A stretch of DNA of 64,000 nucleotides from Candidatus Omnitrophota bacterium. GTDB lineage: Bacteria > Omnitrophota > Gorgyraeia > Zapsychrales > JANLHA01. The translations under genes and the position numbers were made by a program. Below, piece by piece: positions 20,952 to 30,210 of this stretch. Position 1 is the first letter of the stretch. The number at the start of each line of letters is the position of its first letter. Location: NCBI GenBank assembly GCA_038222225.1, contig JBBRHV010000003.1:10331-74330 (forward strand). Direction: 5' to 3'. Under the pieces are notes generated by a model. It was not told the origin of the DNA, searched no databases, and saw only the letters and a program-made list of their open reading frames with translations.

Positions 20952-21395
20952 TTATGCTTCTGCATCACCAACTTCTACCGTAAAGTTCATTCCTTCCCAG
21001 GTGTTCGTCTCCGACCAAAAAATCGCAAAGGACAACATTTGCTTGCCTGTTATTTTTGCTGTCGGAAGATCGACCTTATAGATGCCAATACCAGTGTCCT
21101 GTGCGTTGGCATCTTGAGCGGTTGTCCAGTTATCCAAACTCCAGTGAATAACTGCCGGTGCGAGCACCTCTATGCGCAGCGTGCTGCCTTTTGGCACCAC
21201 CCTGCACTTCTGATTGTAGCGCCATATGACGTAACGCGATTTCGTTTTATTTTTTTGATAACGCTCTACCCGGTTGAGGCGGGGTATCAAAGACGCGGCC
21301 ATCCATAAGCGAACGCCTTAATTTAATATATTCGGCGTGCGCCCAAACCAAGGGCATCGCTGATCCCAACGGCCTGCCGTAAAACAGCCCTCTCT
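20952..21395 (-). pseudogene. glucoamylase/glucodextranase (GH15) C-terminal fragment, frameshifted
   Basis: Alternative frame GRPLGSAMPLVWAHAEYIKLRRSL..GRVFD then frameshift into HWS.D.W...D..DTG.G tail. Confidence 0.8.
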
Positions 21396-21788
21396 AGAGA
21401 TATATAACGGAGTCGCAAAAGAGGCGACGCCAATGGCGATCCCTACGATCATTCTACCTTCGATTAACCAGGCAACACTCGATGCCAAAGCAGTCCCAAT
21501 CCCGCCAAACGTAAATATGAGAGCCGCCAGTATTATGATCTTACGCCGTCCAAAACGGTCAGACCAGACGCCGCCGAATATCACTCCTATAATCGCTCCC
21601 AGCAAAACCGCGCTGACGACAAACTCTTGAGCGATCGTTGAAAGCAAAAAATCTTGTTTGACAAAAAGTATGGCGCCGGAAATAACGCCCGTATCATAAC
21701 CAAAAAGCAATCCCCCCAGCGCGGATATTGCCGCAGCGATTTTAACAAATCCCGTATTCTCAACCGCTAAGTCAGAAACATTGTTCAT
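21396..21788 (-). pseudogene. sugar porter (MFS) N-terminal fragment
   Basis: GGLLFGYDTGVISGA, DRFGRR, PLYIS then abrupt switch to GH15 sequence. Confidence 0.85.
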
Positions 21789-21862
21789 TTAGCCCCCCTT
21801 CTTCCCACTGAATTCGTTCTATCCTTCTCGTTCCACATGAATAAATGAACAAGGATTTACTG

Positions 21863-22033
21863 TCATTTTAAAAATGACACACTGAACAAAGCGCCTAAAA
21901 AACCCCCGTACAAGGCTCCCCGTATTGGTGTGCTAGTCAATGGGCAGACCCCGCTCCTGCATTTTCCATAATATCCCATAACCGCCCCCAAAGAAGCGCC
22001 TGCAATAATAAAACCCAGACTTTTTATGATCAC
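21863..22033 (-). CDS. DUF6132-like small membrane protein (56 aa, not in ORF track)
   Basis: GTG start, GGAGG RBS; MIIKSLGFIIAGASLGAVMGYYGKCRSGVCPLTSTPIRGALYGGFLGALFSVSFLK*. Confidence 0.7.
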   Translation of the reverse strand: MIIKSLGFIIAGASLGAVMGYYGKCRSGVCPLTSTPIRGALYGGFLGALFSVSFLK

Positions 22034-22054
22034 TTCGGCCTCCGCATAAAATTC

Positions 22055-22288
22055 CTATTTTCTGACAGCCGTTTCAGACTTTATGATTCTTTCCGCTTCC
22101 AGCCAATTATCCATATCCCTTCCGGGGATATGGCCGCTTTTTTCAAAAAGTTCTTGTGCGGTCTTACTCACGCGCTGCTGGAACTCATTCAGATCCATTG
22201 CGACCCGTTCAGACTTTCTGTTCATCACTTTTTCATTTTCCGTTACGTCCATTTTGCTTTTTTCTAATTTAAAATTTTTTTTCACCAT
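22055..22288 (-). CDS. DUF2934 protein
   Basis: A.ELFE..G...GRDMDNWLEAE. Confidence 0.85.
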   Translation of the reverse strand: MVKKNFKLEKSKMDVTENEKVMNRKSERVAMDLNEFQQRVSKTAQELFEKSGHIPGRDMDNWLEAERIIKSETAVRK

Positions 22289-22426
22289 TTCTTCGTCTCC
22301 TTCGTGTTTAACAGTTCTTTTTAATTTAAAAATGTCTTCAGCTCAATGCCCTTCATCATCTTCGTTTCTATAATATAAATTTGCCTATCAATTAGACGGA
22401 ATTGAACCTGACCCCTTACTGATCTT

Positions 22427-22470
22427 ATTTTAAACCGCGTTTAAAAGAGTTCAATTATACCAAAGTATCA
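22427..22470 (-). promoter_or_regulatory. 7-2-7 box plus promoter (copy 4)
   Basis: CAATTATACCAAAGTATCA; TTGAAC-16-TAAAAT. Confidence 0.55.
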
Positions 22471-22528
22471 TTGGTGAAGTGGACTGTTCGGGAGAAAAAA
22501 AGGAAAGCTGTTTTGGAAAAAACTATGC

Positions 22529-23152
22529 TTATTTGGAAGAAACGAGCCCAGCTTTTTGGGCAAAGTGGATGAGTTCGGTAACGGTTTTGGCTTGCATTTT
22601 TTGCATGACGCGGCTGCGGTGGACCTTGATCGTCTGAAGAGCCGTCCCCCGTTTTAAGGCGATCTGTTTACTCAACATTCCACTGGCCACTAAACGGAAA
22701 ACCTCAAGTTCTCTGGGCGAAAGAGTTTTGATGCAGCGCCATATTTTATCAATTTCGGATTGTTCTTTATTTATAATTTTATCTCTTACAATCGCACGAT
22801 CGATAGCTTCCAGCAAGTCTTTATCAGTGAACGGTTTGGGCAGGAAATCTATGGCCCCCCCCTTCATCGCTTTCACGCTTTTTGGGATGTCCCCGTGTCC
22901 TGAAATAAAAATGATCGGGATGGTTAACCCTCGCATCGTCATTTTTTCCTGCAGAGCAAGCCCGTTTACATGCGGAAGACGCAGGTCTAAAACCAGGCAG
23001 GATGCGGCTTTGGTATGCTTAAAAGCCAAGAAATCGGCTGCGCTTTTAAATGTCTCAACCTGAAAACCGTGTGAGTTTAATAATAAAGCTAAGGCCCGGC
23101 AGACAGAGATATCATCATCAACAACATAAATAATAGGCTTACGATTGGTCAT
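22529..23152 (-). CDS. FixJ/NodW-type response regulator (REC + LuxR HTH)
   Basis: SGHGDIP.SV.AMK.GA.DFL.KP; LSPRE..V; TIKVHR.RVM.KM. Confidence 0.92.
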   Translation of the reverse strand: MTNRKPIIYVVDDDISVCRALALLLNSHGFQVETFKSAADFLAFKHTKAASCLVLDLRLPHVNGLALQEKMTMRGLTIPIIFISGHGDIPKSVKAMKGGAIDFLPKPFTDKDLLEAIDRAIVRDKIINKEQSEIDKIWRCIKTLSPRELEVFRLVASGMLSKQIALKRGTALQTIKVHRSRVMQKMQAKTVTELIHFAQKAGLVSSK

Positions 23153-24525
23153 AAAGCATCCTTTGTCCCTGTGCTTTTCGCAGGTATCACAGGAACAGTG
23201 AAATAAAAAGTCGCGCCACGATCAGGATTATTCTTAGCTTCTAAACATCCGCCATGAGCTTCAACAATAGAACGGCTGATGGACAACCCCATACCCAAGC
23301 CATCAGGCTTGCTGGTAAAAAAATGTTTAAAGAGCTTTTTCATATTCTCTACCGGAATGCCGCATCCGGAATCCTCGATTTCCACTATAATCGTATCAGA
23401 ATTCTTACACGATGAACGTATCATTAGTTGACGAGATTCATCGCGCGCTTCCATCGCGTCCAAACTGTTACTGATCAGATTCAGAAGAACCTGTTGCAAT
23501 TGGATTCGATCGCCGCGTATAGGAGGAAGCTTCTTAGCTAATTCAGCTTTAATGACCTTATTCCTTACAGTAACGTCTGTCGTAATGAGAACAACCGTTT
23601 CATTAATGATCGCGTTCATATCAAGAGGCTCAAATTCAGGATCGCTTTTCTTAAGCAAAGACCTAAGCCGCCGGATGACCTCCGACGCCCGCTGGTCATC
23701 ATTAACGATGTATTGTAAGATTTCTTGGAGCTGAGGCTCCCGTCCTGCAAACATGCGTTGTGCAGCTTGGGCGTGCGAAAGAATGGCCGTTAAGGGCTGG
23801 CTGATTTCATGAGCGAGGGATGAAAAAAATTCGGCAAGTTTTCCCACTCTCGTGACATGCAAAAGATCTTCACGTTGTTCTTTGATTTCTAAATCCTTCT
23901 GTCGCATGGATGTAACATCCGTTTGAATCCCCGCATAATGGGTAACGATGCCGTTTGCATCACGAACAGGAGAAATGCGCAGGTAATTCCAGAAACTCTC
24001 TCCGTTTTTCCGAAAATTAAGCATCTCTCCATGAAAAGACTTGTCCTGATGTAAAGTGTTTTTTATTTCTTCAGCGATTCTCGGGTCAGCAGCAGCTCCG
24101 TAAAGCAAAAAGTAGTTTTGCCCTATGATGTCTTTCTTGGGCAAACCTGTCATCATATGGAATGATTGATTGGAGTAAATGATCGGAAAATCAATCTTTT
24201 GAGCATCGATAATAAAAATACCATCCGATACCGAGTCCATGACCTTGGTGCGAATGTAGACCTGCTCTTCTGATAGTTTTTCTTTGTCGATCCATGCTTT
24301 TATTTGTCCATTCTTAATTTTTAGCTCATCCGCTTGGTGGCTGACCATCGTGGTTAGCTCATTATGCGTTTTATCTTTATCAGAAATCCGCTTAGAACAA
24401 TGCCGGCGATCCTTATTGCCAGATTCTTTCCCCAAAATCGACTTTTGCGTCTTCGTGCTTTCTTTAATAATCGAATTTAGGGGTTTCTTTTTTTGACCAC
24501 TTTGAGTTAGCTTTTGTTTTTTCAT
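23149..24525 (-). CDS. FixL-like histidine kinase with LOV-like PAS lacking the photoactive Cys
   Basis: GQNYFLLYG in place of GxNCRFLQG; NFRKNG..FWN; LAHEISQPL H-box; GLGMGL. Confidence 0.88.
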   Translation of the reverse strand: MKKQKLTQSGQKKKPLNSIIKESTKTQKSILGKESGNKDRRHCSKRISDKDKTHNELTTMVSHQADELKIKNGQIKAWIDKEKLSEEQVYIRTKVMDSVSDGIFIIDAQKIDFPIIYSNQSFHMMTGLPKKDIIGQNYFLLYGAAADPRIAEEIKNTLHQDKSFHGEMLNFRKNGESFWNYLRISPVRDANGIVTHYAGIQTDVTSMRQKDLEIKEQREDLLHVTRVGKLAEFFSSLAHEISQPLTAILSHAQAAQRMFAGREPQLQEILQYIVNDDQRASEVIRRLRSLLKKSDPEFEPLDMNAIINETVVLITTDVTVRNKVIKAELAKKLPPIRGDRIQLQQVLLNLISNSLDAMEARDESRQLMIRSSCKNSDTIIVEIEDSGCGIPVENMKKLFKHFFTSKPDGLGMGLSISRSIVEAHGGCLEAKNNPDRGATFYFTVPVIPAKSTGTKDAL

Positions 24526-24638
24526 TATATGTTCTTTTATTTACATTAAACTATTCTATATTTGCCAACATATACTTTATCAGACACATCATTAAGGGTA
24601 CGCTTCTTGTCATAGTTTCTTTGCGCGAAATATTTGAC

Positions 24639-24839
24639 CTACTCAATCTTACCATCAATACCACCAATGCTACGGTCCTTTTCACCATGAGGCGCAGAAA
24701 AGATAAGCGTCCGTATTTTTTCTATCTTTTTAGCAGTCAAAGGCTTTTCAATAAAATCGGCAGCATGACCTCGAACAGCATCAATGGCCGTTTCTTTTGA
24801 ACTATATCCAGTAAGAATACTCGTACGGACATCAGGCAC
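24639..24839 (-). pseudogene. response regulator fragment
   Basis: ILTGYSSKE.AI.A.R..A.DFIEKP with no N-terminal REC half. Confidence 0.6.
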
Positions 24840-25086
24840 AATAATCCTTTTTAGTTTATTTTTTACATTTTACCATTTTTGTGGAAAAAGGGAAGAACCA
24901 AAAAAGACGTCAGCTTCCCAGCTCCTTGAGTGTGATGAAGGGTGCTAATCGTGAGGGATCTGGCCAGTCTGTGGGGGCACTTCTGCCGTATCTGTTTGGG
25001 GTGGCGAGGTTAAGGGGATTTATGGAGTTAATAAAGGTGTCAGCACCTTTATTTTGAAAAGTGTCTTCCTTCCCCTGCGGGGACCA

Positions 25087-25632
25087 CTAATATTTCGCAT
25101 TCATTTTTTCAAGAAATTCTTGGACCTTGGCCCGCTGACCAAATCCTGTTTGTTCGGCTTCCATGCGCTGGAAATCATTCAAAAGTTTTTTCTGCGCCTC
25201 TAACGATAGGCGCTGATCAGCCATCATATAAAGAATTTGATCTTCCTTATCAATATGCTGCCTCAGCAGCTGCATATACTGTTGAGCATTCTTTACGATC
25301 TGATCAACTCCGCCCCCGTCTTTTTTATAACGCTCAATACCCTCCAGCATGCCTTTGACATATCCCCTTCCCTCATCATGTTCGCTCAGCATGACGCCGA
25401 TCGGCCCACCCTGACGCGGAATACCAGCCTTTTCCATTTCAGGAAAGAGAAGGTCTTCCTCTTTGGCATGATGAGAATGATCCGCAAAGACCCTGATACA
25501 GTCAACGATCTTCTCCAGATGCTCAGAATCAACGCTCTCTCCAGCAATGAGCCGACCGCAAATCCTTTCCAAAACATCCATCACCAATTTGATAACCTTG
25601 TGCTCATCTTTTAAAAATTGTGTAGCATTCAT
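25087..25632 (-). CDS. hemerythrin HHE cation-binding protein
   Basis: EH, HHAKEE.LLFP, GGPIGVML.EH, HIDKED. Confidence 0.9.
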   Translation of the reverse strand: MNATQFLKDEHKVIKLVMDVLERICGRLIAGESVDSEHLEKIVDCIRVFADHSHHAKEEDLLFPEMEKAGIPRQGGPIGVMLSEHDEGRGYVKGMLEGIERYKKDGGGVDQIVKNAQQYMQLLRQHIDKEDQILYMMADQRLSLEAQKKLLNDFQRMEAEQTGFGQRAKVQEFLEKMNAKY

Positions 25633-25761
25633 ATGGCAATTCCTTTGTAATAATGCCCGGCCATGACAGAACCGGATTAATAGGACTTTCTATTCAGTCG
25701 AATCTCTCGGTTAGCGACTTACAATATAAAGGTGTCGCCTTTATTGACCTTTATTGATTAA

Positions 25762-25862
25762 GGCAACCTCTAATAATTCCATTTACAGTCAAAATGAATG
25801 GCTCTTTATCGACGATAGCGGAATCAGTAAATGACTCAAAAATAGCATTTTTAGAGGTTGCC
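25762..25862. mobile_element. 101-bp MITE copy A
   Basis: TIR GGCAACCTCTAA...TTAGAGGTTGCC, TTAA on both flanks. Confidence 0.85.
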
Positions 25863-25883
25863 TTAAGTATTGTGTCCCCAGAA

Positions 25884-26153
25884 TTACAGGGATCCTCTTC
25901 TCTTTGGTTTCTTCTCTACACTTTTCTTAGGGGCCATTTTGCCCCGATTACGAATAATCAAACCGTCTAAAAATCGTCTTAACAGCTGATCGCCGCAAGG
26001 CCTATAATTTTCCTGATCGTCTTTACGAAAAATAGCGGAGAGCTCCGAAGGAGAAACTTCTAATTCAGCGAGTTTAAGGATTTCAATAATATCCGTGTCT
26101 CTTAAATGCAAAGCGATACGAAGCTTTTTCATAATGTCGTTATTGTTAATCAT
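25884..26153 (-). CDS. DUF1456 (YehS-like) protein
   Basis: NNDI.KKLR.AL, CGDQ.LR.FL.GL. Confidence 0.85.
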   Translation of the reverse strand: MINNNDIMKKLRIALHLRDTDIIEILKLAELEVSPSELSAIFRKDDQENYRPCGDQLLRRFLDGLIIRNRGKMAPKKSVEKKPKRRGSL

Positions 26154-26248
26154 CCTTGATCCCTCCTGTGATCCTAACAATTAAGCCATTTCTATCCAAG
26201 CCAATAATAAAGGTGTCAATCACCTTTCTTGTCACCTTTATTGATTAA

Positions 26249-26349
26249 GGCAACCTCTAAAAATGCTATTTTTGGGTCATTTACTGATTCCGTTATCGTC
26301 GATAAAGAGTCATTCATTTTGACTGTAAATGGAATTATTAGAGGTAGCC
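26249..26349. mobile_element. 101-bp MITE copy B, inverted relative to A
   Basis: 97/101 identical to reverse complement of copy A by manual alignment; TTAA flanks. Confidence 0.85.
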
Positions 26350-26381
26350 TTAAGTATTGTGTCTCCAGAGTTTTTTTATTT

Positions 26382-27251
26382 TTACAAGCCTCTTAAAATT
26401 TCCGGCCTTAACCTTATCTCCCCGTCCATGGCCGACTTCAGGATATTTAACAACATCATTTTATCTTTTGGAAACGTCCCTTCCAGCGGAAGATAATTTG
26501 AGGCGTGATTTGATCGAAATATCGTTTTTTTAAGATCAAGTCCACTAATAATTTCGTACGATTCTTTTAACAACTCTAAGGAATTCAATTCCTCAAAATC
26601 ACCTCTTGCGGCTTCCTGCGCCAAAGGTGTGCCGAGAATGATCATCAACGACAAAAACGAAAGGTATCTTGGCTGCATCCTGTTTAAGGCTGCGATCGTG
26701 CCTGCGACATGATCTTTAGAATATTTCTTGCCGCCTAAGCCCAACAAAACAATCACCGAAGACTTTATCTGCGCCCTCGCCGCCTTATGAACCCCCTCAA
26801 TCATTTCCTCAACGCTTGAAGATTTTCCACACCGATTTAGTATATCCTGACTGCCGCTTTCTAACCCCATATAGATCAGGCTTAATTTATGATCGGACAG
26901 TTCAGTTAATTCCTGATCATTTTTTCGCGTGATATTGCTTCCGTTTGCATAGCTTGAAATGCGGGTAAGCCGTGGAAAGGACTGCTCCAATTTTTCTAAG
27001 ATTGGAACCAACTTGCTATTGTTCAGAACAAGCGCATCGCCGTCCATCAAAAAAACACGTCTCACATCTTTGTAGTGGCGAGCGTGCCAATCGATATCCG
27101 CAAAGATCTCTTTTTGGTCTTTGATGCGAAAAGCTTTGTTCTTATATGCACCGCAAAAGCTGCAGCTATCAGCCGAACATCCCAGCGTGACTTGCAAAAG
27201 AAAACTATCTGCCTCTGCCGGCGGTCTTATAACGGGTTCTACAATAGCCAT
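26382..27251 (-). CDS. radical SAM protein
   Basis: RPP.EA.S..LQVT.GC...CSFC; FRSNHASNY. Confidence 0.9.
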   Translation of the reverse strand: MAIVEPVIRPPAEADSFLLQVTLGCSADSCSFCGAYKNKAFRIKDQKEIFADIDWHARHYKDVRRVFLMDGDALVLNNSKLVPILEKLEQSFPRLTRISSYANGSNITRKNDQELTELSDHKLSLIYMGLESGSQDILNRCGKSSSVEEMIEGVHKAARAQIKSSVIVLLGLGGKKYSKDHVAGTIAALNRMQPRYLSFLSLMIILGTPLAQEAARGDFEELNSLELLKESYEIISGLDLKKTIFRSNHASNYLPLEGTFPKDKMMLLNILKSAMDGEIRLRPEILRGL

Positions 27252-27356
27252 ATAATTTTACCCTGATTTGATAATAGGGGTCAGCGCCCTATCTTTAAAA
27301 GGGCCTGTCCCTGCCGAAAGGAAACGGTGTCGAGCTAAAGGTGTCCGTCACCTTTA

Positions 27357-27794
27357 TTAATCTCTATTCTTTTTAAACCACTCCTGATAATATTCCTCCT
27401 GCGCATCCGCTTTGCCGCTTGCGACATAATCCTGATACAGCATTTCTCCTAGATCTTCGCGAATAACATCATCAGGAACTCGACCGTCATCAAAATCCCG
27501 GTACATAATAAATAACGTCCTTAAAAGAACACCAATAGGCTTCATAAACTGTTCGGGAACTTCGATCCGAATCGAATCAACTTCCTCAGCATAAAACTTC
27601 GGATCCTTGCGAATAATTACACCTTTTCCCGCGAACTTCTCAATCACGCTTTCCACGGCCTTGACCTTCCCTTCAGAAGATAAGGCATCCCACATACCGG
27701 CACTGCTTTGAACTGAATTCTGAATAGAAGATGTCGCCGCTAATGTGGGACAGCACCATGTACACAAAAACATTATAATTAATATTTTCTGCAT
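27357..27794 (-). CDS. secreted hypothetical protein
   Basis: Signal-peptide-like MQKILIIMFLCTWCCPTLA; start corrected. Confidence 0.6.
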   Translation of the reverse strand: MQKILIIMFLCTWCCPTLAATSSIQNSVQSSAGMWDALSSEGKVKAVESVIEKFAGKGVIIRKDPKFYAEEVDSIRIEVPEQFMKPIGVLLRTLFIMYRDFDDGRVPDDVIREDLGEMLYQDYVASGKADAQEEYYQEWFKKNRD

Positions 27795-28011
27795 TTTTAT
27801 TTTTAAAAACCGCTTCCTGATATCCGCAACACGCCCTGTCCACTCACGGTGGACTGTCCCCTTCTCCGTTCTCTTCTCCCTTCTCCTCTCCTTCTCCTTC
27901 TCTTGAGTTGACCCTTTATAAAGGAAACAGCGCATGTAGTTAAACCCGCAGTTAATGAAAGATGTGTTATTTTACTGAAAAAGTAATGATTTTACAAGAA
28001 ATAACCTGTCG

Positions 28012-29046
28012 CTATTTATATATACCCGCCAAACCTTTATCCAACAATTCCTGATTCACATAAACCCCCTCCTCCGCAATGCGGGCGAGGTCATCCGTTC
28101 CCTCCAGCACAAACAGATCAGTCAGATAACGGCCGTACTTTTCCGGGTCCTTATGGGTCTTAACCACCACGCGCTCAACGCCTTTGAGGCGGCCGGTCAA
28201 ATACTCTTTGGCCTTAACCCCGGCTAAAGTGGAAAGCTCCGGGGCATCGATCGCCCGCAGGCGCAGGCGCTGGGTTGTTAACATACCGTAGCCCATATCA
28301 ATGCGCGCCACCAAAGTATCGCCGTCCACCACTCGATCGATCCAGGCGCCGTAAGTATACAGCACCTCACTGGGACCTTTATAGGTTTCCAGCCGGTAAC
28401 CTGCCCCCTCTTTGATCGAGCACACAAGTTTCGAATTGATAAACTTGATATATCCCGCCTCGGCACTGTCAATGGCCACATGAAAACCCAGATCAAGCCT
28501 TGGTGAAAACGGCACGCCGTTTAAATCCGTGCCTTTGCGGATCGCATATAGATAGGGAATGCCGCGCGCACAGGTCAGCTGTCCGCCTTTGAGCTCAACG
28601 CGATGAAGCGCTTCGACGTTTTTGTCGCGAACCAATTCGGTCACCTGCAGGCTCGAAACTCCCTCTTTAATCATCCGGCGCTCAAGCTTGAGCCGTTCTT
28701 TACTATCGGCCACACTGATCAGATGGCGGTAATGCGTCCAGGTCAAGGGCGTGTTGCCCGGACACTGCGGATACATGCGGTAGAACTGAACCATCTTCTG
28801 AAGGACGCGCTCATTCAATTTAAGCTCCTCCCCCAATTTTTGGTACAGCGAAACCCTGTAAGCGGAGCGGTAATCCTTGTCGAGAAAAGATTCGGCGATC
28901 GAGCAGCCGATCTTCCAGTAGGTTTGAACACGGGCGAGGTTTAAAAGATGCTGAGCTTCTTTGAGCCCGGTATCCATGTCCCGGCGGATGGATGTCAGAA
29001 GTTTGGTGAAACGTTTTTCAACCACAACGTTGGCGGGAACGGTCAT
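28012..29046 (-). CDS. DUF1016 (YhcG) N-terminal domain fused to thermonuclease (SNase) domain
   Basis: YWKIG and LTWTHY..L; RVVDGDT, RLRAIDAPE, KYGRYL.D; TATAAT 6 nt before ATG (possibly leaderless). Confidence 0.82.
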   Translation of the reverse strand: MTVPANVVVEKRFTKLLTSIRRDMDTGLKEAQHLLNLARVQTYWKIGCSIAESFLDKDYRSAYRVSLYQKLGEELKLNERVLQKMVQFYRMYPQCPGNTPLTWTHYRHLISVADSKERLKLERRMIKEGVSSLQVTELVRDKNVEALHRVELKGGQLTCARGIPYLYAIRKGTDLNGVPFSPRLDLGFHVAIDSAEAGYIKFINSKLVCSIKEGAGYRLETYKGPSEVLYTYGAWIDRVVDGDTLVARIDMGYGMLTTQRLRLRAIDAPELSTLAGVKAKEYLTGRLKGVERVVVKTHKDPEKYGRYLTDLFVLEGTDDLARIAEEGVYVNQELLDKGLAGIYK

Positions 29047-29056
29047 GGAAATATTA

Positions 29057-29137
29057 TAGAGCGTAGAGGGTAGAGCGTAAAGCGTAGAGGGAAAAAAAGA
29101 CACTAAGACACTAAGACACTCAGGCACTAAGACACTG
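29057..29137. repeat. 7-mer (AGCGTAG) and 8-mer (CACTAAGA) tandem repeats
   Basis: Directly visible. Confidence 0.8.
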
Positions 29138-29151
29138 AAAAACGGAAAAAC

Positions 29152-29229
29152 AAAAAACCGCCCTTTGGGGTGGCTTTTTATTTGGTAGCCCTGGGCTTCG
29201 CTAATGCTCAGCCACTTCCTCGGACATTA
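29152..29229 (-). other. tRNA-Glu 3' remnant with terminator and hairpin insert
   Basis: TGGTAGCCC at 29183; terminator 29152-29179; insert homologous to 37471-37506. Confidence 0.75.
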
Positions 29230-29317
29230 AGTTTTTCAAAAAACCATTCTTCTTCAAAAATCAAAAACCCCTGCAAAACTCTACAGAGGCTAATAAAAAA
29301 ATTAAATGTACTAATCA

Positions 29318-29596
29318 CTAAATATTCTTCAGAAACCTTTTAATATCGTCGTGATTTCCCGCAAATATAAATTCCACTAAATCCCCTTGCCACCTAAACA
29401 AGATCCTAGCTTTTATGCCCTTGCGCACTTCCCAAAAGTCACCTCTTAAACGCTTTAAGCCAATTCCTTTATGAATACTTTGATCTTGGGACAGCATATC
29501 AATTAGCTGAATTGCAACTTCTTTTATTGCTGCCTTTTCCTTCTCGGAAAAGGATTTCATTGATCGCTTAAATGCCGGCTTAAATTCAAATTTCAT
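29318..29596 (-). CDS. RelE/ParE-like toxin
   Basis: F.P.FKR..K, LKRLRG.FWE.R, R.LF, G.HDD; overlaps antitoxin stop. Confidence 0.75.
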   Translation of the reverse strand: MKFEFKPAFKRSMKSFSEKEKAAIKEVAIQLIDMLSQDQSIHKGIGLKRLRGDFWEVRKGIKARILFRWQGDLVEFIFAGNHDDIKRFLKNI

Positions 29597-29856
29597 AAGT
29601 CTTTAAGATGTTCTTTGGCTACTTCTGCACTGGAAATGCTCTTGCCTTTTTCAGCGGCTAGCTTCTCGATCTTAGCCCATTCTTGTTCCGTGTATGGAGA
29701 TTCAGCCGTGACTTTGCAAGGAACCAAAATCACACCATCTTTTGTAATACCAAAACCCACCGCCGAACCTTCTTTTAAATTCAAAAGCTTTCGAATACGA
29801 TTGGGGATCGTGATCTGTCCTTTGGTGGTCATTTTTGCTACTTCTGTGATTGTCAT
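29593..29856 (-). CDS. AbrB/MazE family antitoxin
   Basis: KMTTKGQITIP..IRK.L.L.EG; AAGGAG RBS; start corrected. Confidence 0.88.
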   Translation of the reverse strand: MTITEVAKMTTKGQITIPNRIRKLLNLKEGSAVGFGITKDGVILVPCKVTAESPYTEQEWAKIEKLAAEKGKSISSAEVAKEHLKDL

Positions 29857-30152
29857 TTGAAGGCTCCTTTCATTTTTCCTTACATCCTTACTTAAAGGAT
29901 ACCCTACAAGTAACCAACCGTCAACCCTTTTTAAATCCTGAAAGATCTCACAACACTCTTTCAAACATCCTCTCTAATCACAATCAGAAAGCTGCTTAAC
30001 GCAGAAATTTCATCAATATCAACATGCCACTCATTTGTGTGGATGTCAAGATTCTTCTGTTTCCTTTTATTTTCACCACCAAAACCATCACCAAAATCTC
30101 TAAAAAACATAACGCACCTTGATTAACATCGATATGGCTTGAAAAAATGAAG

Positions 30153-30210
30153 AAAGGGAAGGCAAAAGCCTTCCCTTTTATCTGGTAGCCCCAACTAGAT
30201 TTGAACTAAC
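30153..30210 (-). other. tRNA-Glu 3' remnant (att-like) with terminator
   Basis: TGGTAGCCCCAACTAGATTTGAAC vs tRNA TGGTAGCCCCAACCGGATTTGAAC; hairpin AAAGGGAAGGC-AAAA-GCCTTCCCTTT. Confidence 0.85.

Larger units (their letters stand above)
25030..27870. repeat. REP-like AAAGGTGTC..CACCTTTA palindromes between genes (25030, 25728, 26208, 27274, 27336; GGACTGTCCC at 27850)
   Basis: Related short hairpins at each intergenic junction. Confidence 0.7.
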
